A stretch of DNA of 63,905 bases, filler included, from Octopus bimaculoides (taxonomy: Eukaryota): the NCBI RefSeq assembly GCF_001194135.2. It is 7 parts of 7 records of this genome, joined end to end, with 100 filler letters (N's around TTAATTAATTAA, not from the genome) between each part and the next. Parts side by side here need not be neighbours in the genome. Positions count along the whole stretch, not along the records: positions 1 to 9,438 come from NC_068996.1; positions 9,539 to 18,797 come from NC_069004.1; 5 more parts are not named here. One strand, written 5' to 3'. Within the stretch, counting starts at the first letter, position 1. Every line of letters starts with the position of its first letter. Positions 1 to 12,801 of the stretch are shown here, one piece after another. The position numbers and the translations under genes are program-made. The notes under the pieces are model-generated. The model had not been told where the DNA came from and did no database searches. It saw only the letters and a list, made by a program, of their open reading frames with translations.

Positions 1-270
1 AAAAATTTAAAAAAAAGAGAGAGAGAGCACTTCGCTCTCATGTGTCTATTCCCTGCTGAGGTTACCATGGTCTTTTCCGTAGGCTTTTCTCTCCATGGAT
101 AAACCTAATGTTACCCCATTTTACACAATTGACATTTTCTGTGATATACGATACCCCATTTTTTTTTGCCCCTACCGATCCCTTTTGATCGGATTTTTTT
201 CTTAAAGAAAAGCTCTACAGTTGTATTTGTCCCCTCTGTGTGCAGCCCTGTGTGGCTAATAAAAGAAAGT

Positions 271-291
271 TATCTATCTATCTATCTATCC

Positions 292-360
<69 letters not shown>
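271..360. repeat. (TCTA)n microsatellite
   Basis: Direct reading; explains the 'IYLS' ORF at 166-372. Confidence 0.95.
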
Positions 361-361
<1 letters not shown>

Positions 362-704
362 TATCCACGTAAATATATGATGTAGATACACATATATTTG
401 TTTGCACTTATAAATGGTTATAAGAATTGAAATATACTCTGAAAGAACGTGAGATAATTATTTCTGTTTTGGAATGGTGGATCTCGAAGGAAATAAAGCT
501 ATAAATATATTTGTAGCTTTATTTGCTTCGAAATTCACCATTAATAAAAGATATTCTATCTTATGTTCTTTCGAAGTTTATAAAAATTATTTTATTGACG
601 TCAACAATAAATATTTATACTATCAACCAAACACAATATATTATATCTCTTTGCTAATGAAAGCCTATGCTTATGAGGCTACCTATGCGTGTGCGCACAC
701 GCGA

Positions 705-705
705 G

Positions 706-751
<46 letters not shown>

Positions 752-766
752 TGTGTGTGTGTGTGT
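705..766. repeat. (TG)n microsatellite
   Basis: Direct reading. Confidence 0.95.
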
Positions 767-1320
767 TTACGCGTATATATTCATTGTTTCTATCTTACTC
801 TCTGTATTAAACATCTGTATCAGAAGGATGCCTTCTATCACGGTAAATGCTGCATGTGTGGCGAGATTTCAACCTCCTGTTCACTCCACGTAGCTGTAGT
901 TCGTTTAACTTCACTTACATCATTAGTTCCTATTTCAAGGCCAGCACGGCTGCCATTTCCCGACCTTATATGATCAATCGATTGGTTAGTATCTCTGATT
1001 ATTTTAGGCTTGATCAATTTACTCTATTTATTACAGTCGTATCATTATTAAAAGTAGAGAAATTGACTTTATTTATCACGTTTCTAGAGAGAGCGAGGGA
1101 GATAGATCGGAAGGAGGAGGTATAAAATGGGGAAAAAAATGAATAGAAGAAAAAAGATAGATAAAAGCATATAGAAAAAGTTAATAAATAAATAGATGAA
1201 AAATTATAGTATACGAAAATTGTACATTCCCTTAAAAACATATACCATTTGTAACTCTGTATCTAATGACATGTACAGGTATATTTTTTGCGAAGGAATA
1301 TAAAGTATACTCAGAGAAAT

Positions 1321-1860
1321 ATGTCTCAACGAATCAGTCAAGGAAGAAGTAAAAATATTGGAATGGATAGAAATTCATGTTACATCCTTAAACTGTTGAG
1401 TAAGTACCGTTAATAGTTCAAAAGAGTTCCCAGCAAATAAAGAATAAATACATTTTTATGTTTAGGTTTAAAATATTCATTTCTCTTTCAGATATTTTTT
1501 TTCTTTTACTGAACACCAAGAACGAACTGAAAAATGATGTTTATGTGCATTTGTAGTATTTTTATGGATAAATTCTAGCTTACAGCTGATTTTGTGGCAT
1601 AAAATTTTTATTTGGAAACGTATAGGTAAAAAAGAAAAAAAAGAAAAAAAAAAGAAAGTAAAAGAACGACGCCATAATTGCAAGGGATCTCAAAATAAAT
1701 CATTCTGAAAATTCTATTTCCTTCTTCAGCTTTAAAGAGTAATCTGGTTTGCATAATGTAAGAGAATGTTAAAGCTTAAAGTTGATATTAAATTCTTATT
1801 TTTTAAATGTATATTTTTGTTTCCTTTTTTTTCTGATTTTAGGAGGGCAACAGTTTGGAT
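1321..1860 (+). other. Candidate chain of three short phase-compatible exons (1321-1399, 1730-1757, 1843-1860)
   Basis: ATG at 1321; donors GTAAGT (1400), GTAAGA (1758) and GTAAGG (1861); pyrimidine-tract AG acceptors at 1728-29 and 1841-42; the spliced frame is open. No homolog recognised. Confidence 0.25.
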
Positions 1861-2493
1861 GTAAGGAATTTGATATTTAAATGGGACCTTCCATGAATTT
1901 AAACCGAGCACCGAGTAAGACTGAGCTGTTTAGCAACTCTTAGTTCTCTGGTCGAATTTTGCCTGAGATTTAAAGCATAAAAAAGAAATAAAATAAAATT
2001 TCCATCACTTTTGTGTTGATACAAGAAATACCAGTTATTCACTTTAGATGGAAATTTAATTGAATGTGTTGTATTTACAGCAATGTAGAGAGGTTTCATT
2101 GGTCATTCTAAACAGTAGCAACGTTAAATAAAGAAAAATAAGTTCAAGAAACAGAAAAAGACTATACCAATGAAACGTCGATCTCTCTCTCCCCATCATA
2201 AAGTCGCAATAAATATACTTTTGTGACACAATAACTTTATATAAGCACGCTCTATTATCACTACTAAAATATCCATTACATGAATTCACTTTTTTTTATC
2301 AATCCAACCATGACTGACTATCAAACGATTCTCCTGATCCGGGAAAATATTCTGACTCAGGAAATCTGCATTTGAACAAATAAATAATCTAATCATTATT
2401 AACATTTCTGTGAAAGCTGTCTGTAACAAAATTCTGATTTGGTTTGCAAGTCCCCTTCTCTTCCATTCTCTCCTTCTTTATTTTTTTATAGAT

Positions 2494-2756
2494 ATATGTA
2501 TGTTTGTATGTATGTGTGCGTGCGTGCGGGTGTGTATATGCATGTATGTATGTATGTATGTATGTATGTATGTATGTATGTAGGTATGTATGTATGTGAC
2601 CTAGACACTGGTACTGTTTACTTCAGTTTTTTCTGAATATTATTTAATGTCACGAAGACAACCAGCGACGCAGCGGCAGCGTTCTATCGTGTTTTTGTTT
2701 TTACTTTTACCTCGACCTGTCTTCCAGTATGCACAGTCGTCTCTCACAGTCTCTCC

Positions 2757-2805
<49 letters not shown>

Positions 2806-2842
2806 ATGTATGTATGTATGTTTGTTTGTATGTTTGTATGTA
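2494..2842. repeat. (TATG)n and (TCTG)n microsatellite blocks
   Basis: Direct reading: 2494-2596 and 2760-2842. Confidence 0.9.
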
Positions 2843-3583
2843 CATAGCCACACACGAATATCTTTCTCAACACTGTCTTCGAAGCACATTAAGTTACCAC
2901 TTTCGAAAACGGAAAATTTCGTTTTTTCAAAATTAAGTTTGCTACAAAATGGAAAGAAAATGGCAACTCACACTTTTTGTCCACTTTAGTTTCCTCCATT
3001 CAATCATTTTAGAAAATTCTCGACTGATTATTTTCTTACATCCATTTTAAAATTCATTATTGACTTGTTTTTCATGAATGAAGATCATGTACAAGNNNNN
3101 NNNNNNNNNNNNNNNNNNNNNNNNNNNNNNNNNNNNNNNNNNNNNNNNNNNNNNNNNNNNNNNNNNNNNNNNNNNNNNNNNNNNNNNNNNNNNNNNNNNN
3201 NNNNNNNTATATATAAATGGGTACGGGCATAACTGAAATTCATTTGAAGGCTAACCGAAGACGTTTAAATTCCACAGGAAAGGCAAAAGAAAAAGACAAA
3301 ACAAAAAACAAGAAGCAGTTTTCTTGAACGCTTCTGACACCTTGATAAATCATGTGACTTACTATTTCTGCCCTAATATACTACTTAAAGCACCGAATGA
3401 TATGTCAGACACACGGTATTCGTGAGTAACTGGTATAAAAAATATTCTGTATTCTCAAGAGATTAAAATACTATGAGATAACCGAGCAAAAGATTAATTA
3501 TCAAAGAGCAAATATCTATCATACGTCTGGTATGACATATTTTATAAATATAGCTACATAGTTGAGATTCTTTTATTCTGTTG

Positions 3584-4027
3584 TTCTTTTAGTTGTTTCA
3601 GTCATTTTGACTGCGGTCATGCTGCAGCTCCTCCTGAAAGGTTTTTTTTTGTTTTGCTTTAGTCGAAACAATCAACCCCAGGATTTATTCTTTGTAAGCC
3701 TAGTACTTATTCTATCGGTCTTTTTTGCCGAACCGGTAAGTTACGGCAAACACACCAACATCGGTTGTTAGGCGATGGTGGGGTAACAAACACAGACACA
3801 GAGACACATACACATAAATATGCGCACACGCATAAATATACATACAAACATGCATACATACATACATACATACATACATATACGACGGGCTTTTTTCAAG
3901 TTCTGAGTACCGAATCCACTTACAAGGCTGTAGTAGAAGACACTTAGTTACCCAAGGTGCCACGCAGTGGGACTGAACTCGAACCATGTTGTTGGGATGC
4001 AAACTTACCACAGAGCTACGCCTGCGA
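3584..4027 (-). mobile_element. tRNA-derived SINE, family C (near full length)
   Basis: Reverse complement of head 'gcaggcgt...ggtaag...catggttcgagttcagtcccactgcgtggcaccttggg' with B-box, plus tail 'gcatgaccgcagtcaaaatgactgaaac'. Many copies occur in this window. Confidence 0.85.
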
Positions 4028-4069
4028 CCTGTAAGAAGTTTTCAGGTATATATATATATATATATATCT

Positions 4070-4790
4070 TTTCCTTGAGACTCCTAGGTGAAGAATGAAA
4101 AAGCATCGTCGACCAAGAACTCTGCTTGCTGACTGAGTTCGTCATTTTACACTCTTAGTTTTGTGATTCTTGCGCGTTAGATGGGTTGCAAACCAAAAGT
4201 ACTTACATGGCTCTTACTGCAGATATTACAGAATACTGGTGCAGTTAATCTCGTTCTAGTCTTTTTCTGTTTTTTCTTCCCGAAATGTATTTCATTCAAT
4301 TTTTTTTCATAACCCTCCGCCTTTTTTTGCGATCAATCGCTACCTTCTCCATTGCAGTCTCAATCAGGCCACGCACGTCATCGAGGTGTTGTTTCAAAAC
4401 ACCATTATAACGCAGTTTCGGGTACCCACTTTGACAGCTTCTACGTGTCAACTCATCCTAAACCACATCCTAGCATTCTTCCTACAGATTACATATCCCA
4501 TTCATAACAGCTGATATTCTGTCAAGACAGATTCAACAGTGGGCATATTTCCACGCTGTAGGATCTTGTTTGGGATGTAGTTTCTTTAAGAGATATTCAT
4601 TGTTCATTACAGATCGTAACTGGCGCAGCTGGTGCAGCTGGCGCCTCTTAATGTTTCTTTACGCCAGTGATACGATGCGTAAGTGTCAGTAGAACAATAC
4701 AAACAGGACAGCACTTACTGCTCTCGGTAAAATTTGTACTTTGTTGACAGTTTTATGCTACGTTGTTTCCACGAACAATGATTGGGTTCT
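4070..4790 (-). mobile_element. RTE-clade LINE, decayed 3' end of ORF2
   Basis: Manual translation across stops: WKQRSIKLSTK, NKILQRGNMPTVESVL, GYPKLRYNGVLKQHL, AIDR, and a terminal C-x2-C..H motif (FCNICSKSHVSTFGLQPH), as in RTE ORF2 C-termini. Confidence 0.7.
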
Positions 4791-4799
4791 TCAAAATCG

Positions 4800-5712
4800 A
4801 CCACAGTCGACAATACGCAAAGGTCATAAATCGTACCAATTACGGGCTGCCCGACTGTCAGCTGACAATGGCAGTGCAGCAGTGATATTTCTGGAGCAAA
4901 GTTGCCTGAGACAGCCTACAAAGCAATGCAATCATTTAGGCGGTTTCACGAAATTATAAGGAAGATAGGAGGCTGGAGCCTGAAAAACGAAGGTACAGTC
5001 AAGCTGTCATTAGTGGATGACTAGCTACAAGCCAGGTCCAAGATACGATTCCCTTACTGCAGATAAGAGTTCAGACTTTGCTGACTTTCATAATATGAAA
5101 GCCCTCCGTGTCCTCTCCAAGAGAGGTTGAAATGCACCAGCAAGGAATATAAGATAGCTAATATGTCTATACAGACAAAATCGACACCATAAAACACTGA
5201 TGAGAATACTTCGGTGAATCATTAAGCCAATCTTCATTAATTTAGGTCGAGAAGCCTTGGAATGCGACCATGATTTTCGGAAGATCTCAATGTGAACTTA
5301 CCCCCTAATGTGAACTTACCCCCTAATGTGAAGGAACTGACAACTGCCTCATACGAGAGAAAATCAGAGAAGGTTCTTGGTGTTGATAGAAAAGAACTAC
5401 AGTATAGAATTCTCCAAGTCATCAAAGTTTGCGCAGGGTAGTTACCATTTTCAATGCATAAAGCTGATCGACAGGACTGAGGAAATTCTCAATTGCAGTG
5501 GAAATTCCAGCAATAACACGGCTTCAAATGTTGCAAAAAATATCCGAGTGAAAAACTACCACAAAACCAGTGTGGATTTTGTATGCCTATAGATCCACCA
5601 ACGATATTAATATTACCTTACGTCAGGTTCAACAAATCTCTATAGGACAATGCGTCTGAATCGCACTCATCGACTTTACGAAGGTTTTCGATAGTGCTGA
5701 AAGGGGAGGCTT
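4800..5712 (+). mobile_element. RTE-clade LINE, decayed ORF2 linker and start of the RT domain (inverted relative to 4070-4790)
   Basis: LPQNQCGF / RSTNDI.ITLRQVQQ / ALIDFTKVFDSAERGGL at about 5550-5712 matches the RT N-terminal motifs (QCGFR..RST.D..F.LRQ; F.D..KAFDSV). Confidence 0.7.
5289..5332. repeat. 18-bp tandem duplication (aatgtgaacttaccccct x2.4)
   Basis: Direct reading. Confidence 0.9.
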
Positions 5713-6933
5713 AGGGCCTTGTTTGAAATATATGGCTTCCCGGCCAAACTTGAGGAGATTGAGTACGCAATGGTGTGGTTGCTACTTGATACCCCTGAGG
5801 AGGCTCGTAAATTGGCGAGCGAGCTCTTAGAAGGCCGTCAAATTTTGTTCCTCCCCACATATTGTGGGAGGAAGCTGACGAGAGCCTGGATTTGGGGGCT
5901 GTCACCCGCGATAAAACCTGAGTGGATAGAAGATACTGTCCACCGGGGTCTGGGTGGCAGCAACGCCAGACTCTTAAATGTCAAAATGTTGCCGGTAGCT
6001 GTTTTGACTCTATGGACCCAATCAGCCAAAGAACTGATTCTACCAGATTTCCTTAGAATGGCCGGTTCCAGGTATCCGGTGATACTTAACGGACGCCCCA
6101 CCCAAGTGTCACCTGTGCCTGCAACTAGGCTATATAAAAAGAACTGCCCCCAGGGCCGAGGTAATGCCATGGAGACGGAGGAAGTCTGGAGGTGGTGGCC
6201 TCCTCAAAAAAGAGGACCCTCTGGTTAAGCCGACAGAGGCCCCTACTCCCGCGACCCCAAAGAAAAGAGTCGTGACAACGACAGAAGAAGGCTCGTCGGT
6301 AGGGATTGTGCTACTGACGGTGGAAGCGGCTACCTCGTCCCCGGAGGAAGAAGAATTATTAGTCTTCTTCTACAGAGGCGGAGAGGTGGAGGAGGTGTTG
6401 GAAAAGCACCAGCATGGAGCAGCCTTGACCTGCACATGTGACCCTAATGGCCTCCGCAGATAGCTGTGGAGGTCATAACGTTGTCCGTGTTGCATAGGTT
6501 ACAAGGGCTTAACGAGGAACATCGCTTGTGGCCGGGCAGTGCCAACACGTCACCCGATTTGTGTTTAAATGAGGCCTGGGCGATGGCGGAAGATGGGGTC
6601 ACAAGCGATATTGGGGAGGAATATGGATACAAATTGGAAAGCCTCAATGTTATGAATTGAGGAGGGGTTTAAAACCTCATTTTGTTTAATCAAAGTAAGA
6701 GGGGTAACGCCTCTTTTTTTTGTATCAATGGACATTATGAACAGCGTAAGAGGCGTATTGCCTCATAAGAGAACAATGTTTTCGGGGATCAGACAGTCGG
6801 TGGGAGTTGCTTTCCCCCTCCATTTATTCATTAATCATCATTTTTCCATTCATAACATTATGTCTATGTCCAGCCCGCAGCTTCCTTCCTTTTTTCTATA
6901 AGAGGCCGTTATAACCAATTTTAATGAAATAAA
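5713..6933 (+). mobile_element. Non-LTR retrotransposon ORF1 (gag-like, L1/Tx1-type) remnant
   Basis: GC-richer island; ORF 5719-6228; a frameshift-masked C-x2-C-x4-(H>Y)-x4-C knuckle at 6107-6147 followed by K/E/P-rich sequence; AATAAA at 6928-6933. Confidence 0.55.
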
Positions 6934-7185
6934 GAAGCTTGCTTCCCAACGACATGGTTTCGGGTTTAGTCCCAGTACGTGGCACCTTCGGCAAAGGTCT
7001 TCTACTTTAGCCTCGGGCTGACCAAAACCTTGTGAGTGGATTTGGTTGGCGGAAACTGAAAGAAGCCCGTCGTATATATATGTATATGAATGTATATTTA
7101 TGTGTGTTTCTTTGTGTCTGTGTTCGTTGCCCCATCATCGCTTGACAACCGGTGCTAGTGTGTTTACTTCCCTGTAACCCAGCGG

Positions 7186-7187
<2 letters not shown>
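6932..7187 (+). mobile_element. SINE family C, partial
   Basis: 'aagaagcttgcttcccaac...ggcaccttcggcaaaggtcttctact...ggaaactgaaagaagcccgtcg'. Confidence 0.85.
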
Positions 7188-7273
<86 letters not shown>

Positions 7274-7299
7274 GTATGTATATATATATACATACATAC

Positions 7300-7463
7300 A
7301 TATACGACGATCATCTTTCAGTTTCCGTCTACTAAATCTACTGATAAGGCTTTGGTCGGCCTGTGCCTATGGTAGATGACTGTTGCCCAAGGTGCCACGC
7401 AGTGGGACTGAACCCGGAACCATGTGGTTGGGAATCAAGCTTCTTACCACACAACCACGCATG
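7300..7463 (-). mobile_element. SINE family C head, inverted relative to 6932-7187
   Basis: Reverse complement of the same head; the two copies flank a (CA)n/(TA)n tract. Confidence 0.85.
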
Positions 7464-7502
7464 TGTATGTGTCTGTGTGTACATGTATGTATGAATGCTT
7501 GC

Positions 7503-7535
<33 letters not shown>

Positions 7536-8734
7536 TGTATGTATGTATGCATGTATGTATGTATGTATGTATGTATGTGTGTATGCATGTGTGTATGTAT
7601 GTATAAAAAAATCACCACAAATTTGGCCGAGAGGGATTACTGCTATGAAACTAATATCTGCACCTAGAGAATATATTGTAAAGCGGCTTGTGAATTTTTT
7701 TGTAGTTAGAACTGAAACTTCTGCCTATGTAAGACACTTTACAAACAATTATCATCTATGTATACACAAGGAACTTTCTCTTTCCTCTCGGCTGCTAAAT
7801 TACTTAACTCTATGAAAAACCAAAGAGCAGAAAAAAAGTAATTATTTACTCTACGTAATGAAATATTTCAACGTATAAACTCTTCAATTTTTTTTTTTTT
7901 ACATAATCAAGTTAAATTGTGCTCTCCGAAATAACATACGCTAATAAGGTCTGAGGAAGCTCTAATTAGTTGTATAACCACTCGGTTTTGAGTGCACTGT
8001 ATTTTGTAGCCGAAACGGCTGTAAGGTAATGGAGTTGATTACGCAATTCCTGTTTTCATGTCATTTAATAAGACACACACACACATACATGCAAATACAC
8101 ACACATACATATCTACATATATACATGTATGTGTGAATATATATGTATGTTGTATATATGTATATATTATGTGTGTGTGTGCGTATATATGTATATATTT
8201 ATATATGTATATATTCATATGTGCATGTGTCTGTGTGTGAGTGCATATAATCAACGATAAAAGACGGTATGAATGAATAATAAAAAAAAAGTATAAAAAA
8301 TGTGGCAACTATACTTTCATTTAATAAAATAAAAAAAGAAGGAAATCGTAAAGATTGCGATGTCATGATTGTCTTAATGTCAGAATTTATCTGATTTCCA
8401 TAACATGAATAAAGTAGGACACTATAACTGTGTAAGATATAATGGGTGTCCTGGGTAGGGGAAGGACAAATGTAGAAAGAGGAAAATAAAGATAACGAGC
8501 AGAAGACAATAGAAGGAGGGAGACACATATAGAACAAATTTCAAGAGAAGAAGAAGAAGAAAAAAAATATTTAAAATCGAAATGCAGAAAAACAAAACAA
8601 GAAAGACGAAGACATCGAAAGAAAGCATCAAAATAAAAGGAGGGAAAAAATAACAAGAATAAAACCTTAGCACAATTTAGAAGTAAAAATTTTGCAAATA
8701 TAGTTTTAGTTAAAGACTAGAACAAAACGGAAAG

Positions 8735-8870
8735 ACCATATTTGCTGCAGCAGCTGCTGCTGCTGCTGCTGCTAATATTGCTACTACTACTGCCGCTGCT
8801 ACAAGTGCTATTGCTGCTGCAGCTGTTGCTGTTGCTGGTGTTGTCGCTGCTGCTGCTGTCACTTGTGTTG
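8735..8870. repeat. Degenerate (GCT)n trinucleotide tract
   Basis: Direct reading. Confidence 0.85.
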
Positions 8871-9081
8871 CTATATCTAAACCCTCAGCTATCAACACTA
8901 TCATCATGACAGCGACTAACCCAGCATCTTGATCATTACCACTACAATCTACAACCCCGTTCGCATTGATTTTAATACCACGAACATAACATCAACCGTA
9001 AACAGACTCTCATCATTATAACACTTAAAACCAGCACACTGCCACCATATCCACCACCGTCATAAAGACCTTCGCCAGACA

Positions 9082-9116
<35 letters not shown>

Positions 9117-9438
9117 ACACACGTATACACACACACACACGTATACACAAACACGTACATGCTCATACATATGATGAATATAGACACTATATTAAAGCAT
9201 ATAAACAGGTTATAGTTTGAGCCTATATCATATATTGCTATATAGAGTTCACAGTAAGGAAACACTAAATACTTCTAATGCTTATATCCTTGACGAAAAA
9301 ATTCCGTTTCATATTTACAAATAATTCACTGTTGAAGGTCGTCCATATGGAAAAAACCGTATGATGGGACCTATAATTACACACACACACACGCGCGCGC
9401 GTATGCGTGTGTATATATATATATATGCATATATATAT

Positions 9439-9538
9439 NNNNNNNNNNNNNNNNNNNNNNNNNNNNNNNNNNNNNNNNNNNNTTAATTAATTAANNNNNN
9501 NNNNNNNNNNNNNNNNNNNNNNNNNNNNNNNNNNNNNN
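9439..9538. other. Artificial assembly linker N44-TTAATTAATTAA-N44 (identical copies at 18798-18897, 22503-22602, 28248-28347, 38561-38660, 50479-50578)
   Basis: Six identical 100-bp blocks; the palindromic 12-mer places TAA in all six frames. Confidence 0.95.
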
Positions 9539-10430
9539 CCCCCCCCCCCATCCATCTCCAACCTGTTTTAACTGCCTTTTACATTCATTCATTCATTCAA
9601 TCCCTACCTTTTCATTCATGAATCCTTTCATCTCTTTCTTTCTTTCATGCATCTTTTTATTTATTTTTTTTTTTTTTCATTCACTTACTCAATTAATATT
9701 CGTTTCCTTCAAATTAATCTCTCATTTTTTTCATTCATTCCATCGTCCATCATCCCTTATTTCTTCCTTTCATTCCCTTATCTTTCGATATACCTTCTTC
9801 AACCCTTCGTCTCCCTTCATTTCCTCCTCCTCCTCTTTCAATCTTTCATCCTATATTCACCATCAGTTCCTCCCACTCACTTCCCTTCTTCACTCATTCA
9901 CTCTCACATCTTAATTCATTCCTTCATCTCCACCACACTCTTTCATTCTCAAACTTCACTCCTTCATTCTCATTTTCACTTCTCTCTCTCTCTCTCTCCA
10001 TTTCTTTCTTTCATTCACTTCTCAACCCTCACCTTCACCCATCCCCTCATCTTCTTTCCCTATATATTCTCTCACCCTCTCATTCCCTCCTTCAACTCAC
10101 TCCCACATTCCAACCTCTTCTCACCCCCCCCCATCTACCACACCTTTCCCTGCCATACATCTTAACCTTCTCTTTTACTCTTTCAATTTCTCCTTTCTTA
10201 CTCTTACACCCCTACCACCACCATCCTCTCCTTTCTTGCTCTTATCTCTCCACCACCACCCACCCACCATCCTCTCCTTTCTTGCTCTCATCTCTCCCCC
10301 CACACCCACCCACCATCCTCTCCTCCTGCACTCAATCATCATCTCATTTTTCATTCAATTCTCCTCAACTCATTCAGCTGACCTATTCTCCTGTTTCTTC
10401 AGTCATCATCAAATCATTTTCTATTCCACT
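9539..10430. repeat. Pyrimidine-rich low-complexity tract, including a 46-bp unit x2.3 at about 10214-10325
   Basis: C/T-rich + strand; 'ccatcctctc' recurs at 10221, 10267 and 10313. Confidence 0.85.
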
Positions 10431-10738
10431 ACATTAAAAAGGTTTTTTTCTTTTTTTAATTTAATAGATAAATAATAATTTCAAAATCGCACATTCACAT
10501 ACACACTTCCACTCACTCACAAACACACACAGCTACGTAGATTCATACATGTGCATTCCAGAAGTCTGGGACGCTTTTAAATATAAAACGGTAAGGAAAA
10601 TTATACACAAGCATATATACACATGCATACATATCTGCAGAAAAATATATATATATACATCTAAAAAGATAGACAGACGGATGTCCGCCTGCCTACCAAG
10701 CTGCCTATTTACCTATCTATCAATCTACTTACCTACAA

Positions 10739-10769
<31 letters not shown>

Positions 10770-10832
10770 TATNNNNNNNNNNNNNNNNNNNNNTATATAT
10801 ATTATTAAATTATTAATTATTATTTTCATTAA

Positions 10833-11255
10833 GGTGGCGAGCTGGCAGAGTTGTTAGCACATCAGGTGAAATGCTTAGTGATATTTTGTCTACTGCTACA
10901 TTCTGAGTTCAAATTCTGCCGCAGTCGACATTGCCTTTCATTTCCTGGTCGATAAATTGAGTACCAGTCAAGTACTGGGATCAATGGGATTAATTGTCCC
11001 CCTCCTCACAAAAATCCAGGTCTTGTGCCTATACTAGAAAGGATTATTATTATCATTATTAAGGCCAGGAGAAAAATGTGTAGTGGCATTCCATCTGTCC
11101 TCGTGTTCTGGGTTCAAATTCCGCTGAGGTCGACTTTGCCTTTCAGCCCTTCAGGGTTAATAAAATAAGTACTAGTCAAGCTCTGGGGTCAATGTAATCA
11201 ACTAGTCTCCTCCCCACAAATTTCAAGCCTTATTATTAGAAAGGATTGTTGTTGT
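10833..11255 (+). mobile_element. Two head-to-tail copies of tRNA-derived SINE family A
   Basis: Head 'ggtggcgagctggcagag' (A-box-like), 'ctgagttcaaattc' (B-box-like), (ATT)n tails. Confidence 0.85.
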
Positions 11256-12031
11256 TTGAAAGGGGTTGTTTGGTGGACAAGGCTGAAAGGTATGAGAACA
11301 GATACATTCCTCTTTGGTAGAACTCACATTGACTTCTTCAAGTTTCACAGTTTGTGTCCCCTACCACCACCTGACAACCAGTGTTGCTACATTCACGTCC
11401 CCATACTTAGCAGTTCAGCAAAAGAAACCGATGGAATAACTACCAGGCTTAAAGTAAAAGAAAAAAAAACAAGTACTAGGGTTGATTCATTCAACTAAAA
11501 GTTCTTCACAGTGGTGCCCCAGTATGGTCACAGTCTAATGAATGAAACAAGTGAAAGATAATCCTATAAGATAAAAGATAATCCTATCTCTGAAAGTCCT
11601 TAATGATGTCCAGAATCCTTTGCAGGCCTCCATCACTCGCGTTCTTGACCAATTATCCACAAAATGCAAGGGCTGACGTCCAGCTGGTACAAAGCAGTGA
11701 ATGTCTGATTTCCAATATTGTAGAATACTACTACTACTACTACAAAGGATTAATAATATCTATAAGAATTCTAAACTGACAGCAATAAAAATACATAATG
11801 AGGGTAATAAAAACGAAACCAATAACAATTATTATTATTATTATTATTACAACTACTACTGCTACTACTACTACCAGAAATAGTGGTGATGATGATGTAA
11901 TAAAAAAAAATTTCCATCAAAAATTCTCCATGAAAAAAAACTGTAAAGACAGATAAATGGGAAAATTGGAAACAAATGTAATAGATTTTTGTTTTCTATT
12001 TACAGCTTTTCCCAAATAAAAAGAAATTGAC

Positions 12032-12101
<70 letters not shown>

Positions 12102-12413
12102 ATATTATTACACACATACATGAATATATGCATATATACCCACCAATATAATACATATACTACAAATGTACACACATACACACACTGCAACTAAAGAATA
12201 TGTATCCCAGAAGAGGACTCAATCAATTGTAAGATACTCAAAGTAAGAAATATATATTACAGAAATTAAAAGTCTGAAAAAAAGAAGGCATCACAAAATA
12301 GGTATAGAAAATACCTTAGATGTATTTGGGTGTTTGTGTGAATACATACACGTGTGTAAATACATATATACATGTATGTATGTGTGTATGTATGTATGTG
12401 TGTATGTATGTAT

Positions 12414-12747
12414 GAAGGTGCATGGCTCAGTGGTTAGAGCATCGAGCTTACGACCGTGAGGTTGAGTTCGTATCCTGGACCAGGCTGCGTGTTGTGTTCT
12501 TGAGCAAGACACTTTATTTCACGTTGCTCCAGTTCACTCAGCTGTAGAAATGAGTTGCGACGTCACAGGTGCCAAGCTGTATCGGCCCCTTTGCCTTTCC
12601 CTTGGATAACACTGGTGGTGTGGAGAGGGGAGACCGGTATGCATGGGCGGCTGCTAGTCTTCCATAAACAACCTTGCCCGGACTTGTGCCTGGGAGGGTA
12701 ATTTTCTAGGTGCAATCCCATGGTCAGTCATGACCTAAGGGGGTCTC
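12414..12747 (+). mobile_element. tRNA-derived SINE family B, near full length
   Basis: 'gaaggtgcatggctcagtggttagagc' A-box, 'gagttcgtatcc' B-box, central 'gtgttcttgagcaagacactttatttcacgttgctccag' domain. Confidence 0.85.
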
Positions 12748-12801
12748 AGCATATGTATGTGCATAATATATGTATATATATATATATATACACATATATA
12801 T

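Noticed and set aside
5203-5228. CTGATGA followed by a cUUCGg hairpin (hammerhead-like)
   Set aside because: There is no GAAA after the stem, and it lies inside the RTE ORF2 remnant.
8710-8907. Poly-Ala or poly-Gln ORF
   Set aside because: Simple (GCT)n repeat with no flanking coding context or splice support.
12414-12490. tRNA-like sequences (SINE heads at 12414, 12802, 18132, 32489 and others)
   Set aside because: They have A/B boxes but continue into SINE bodies, and I could not fold a complete cloverleaf; not called tRNA genes.
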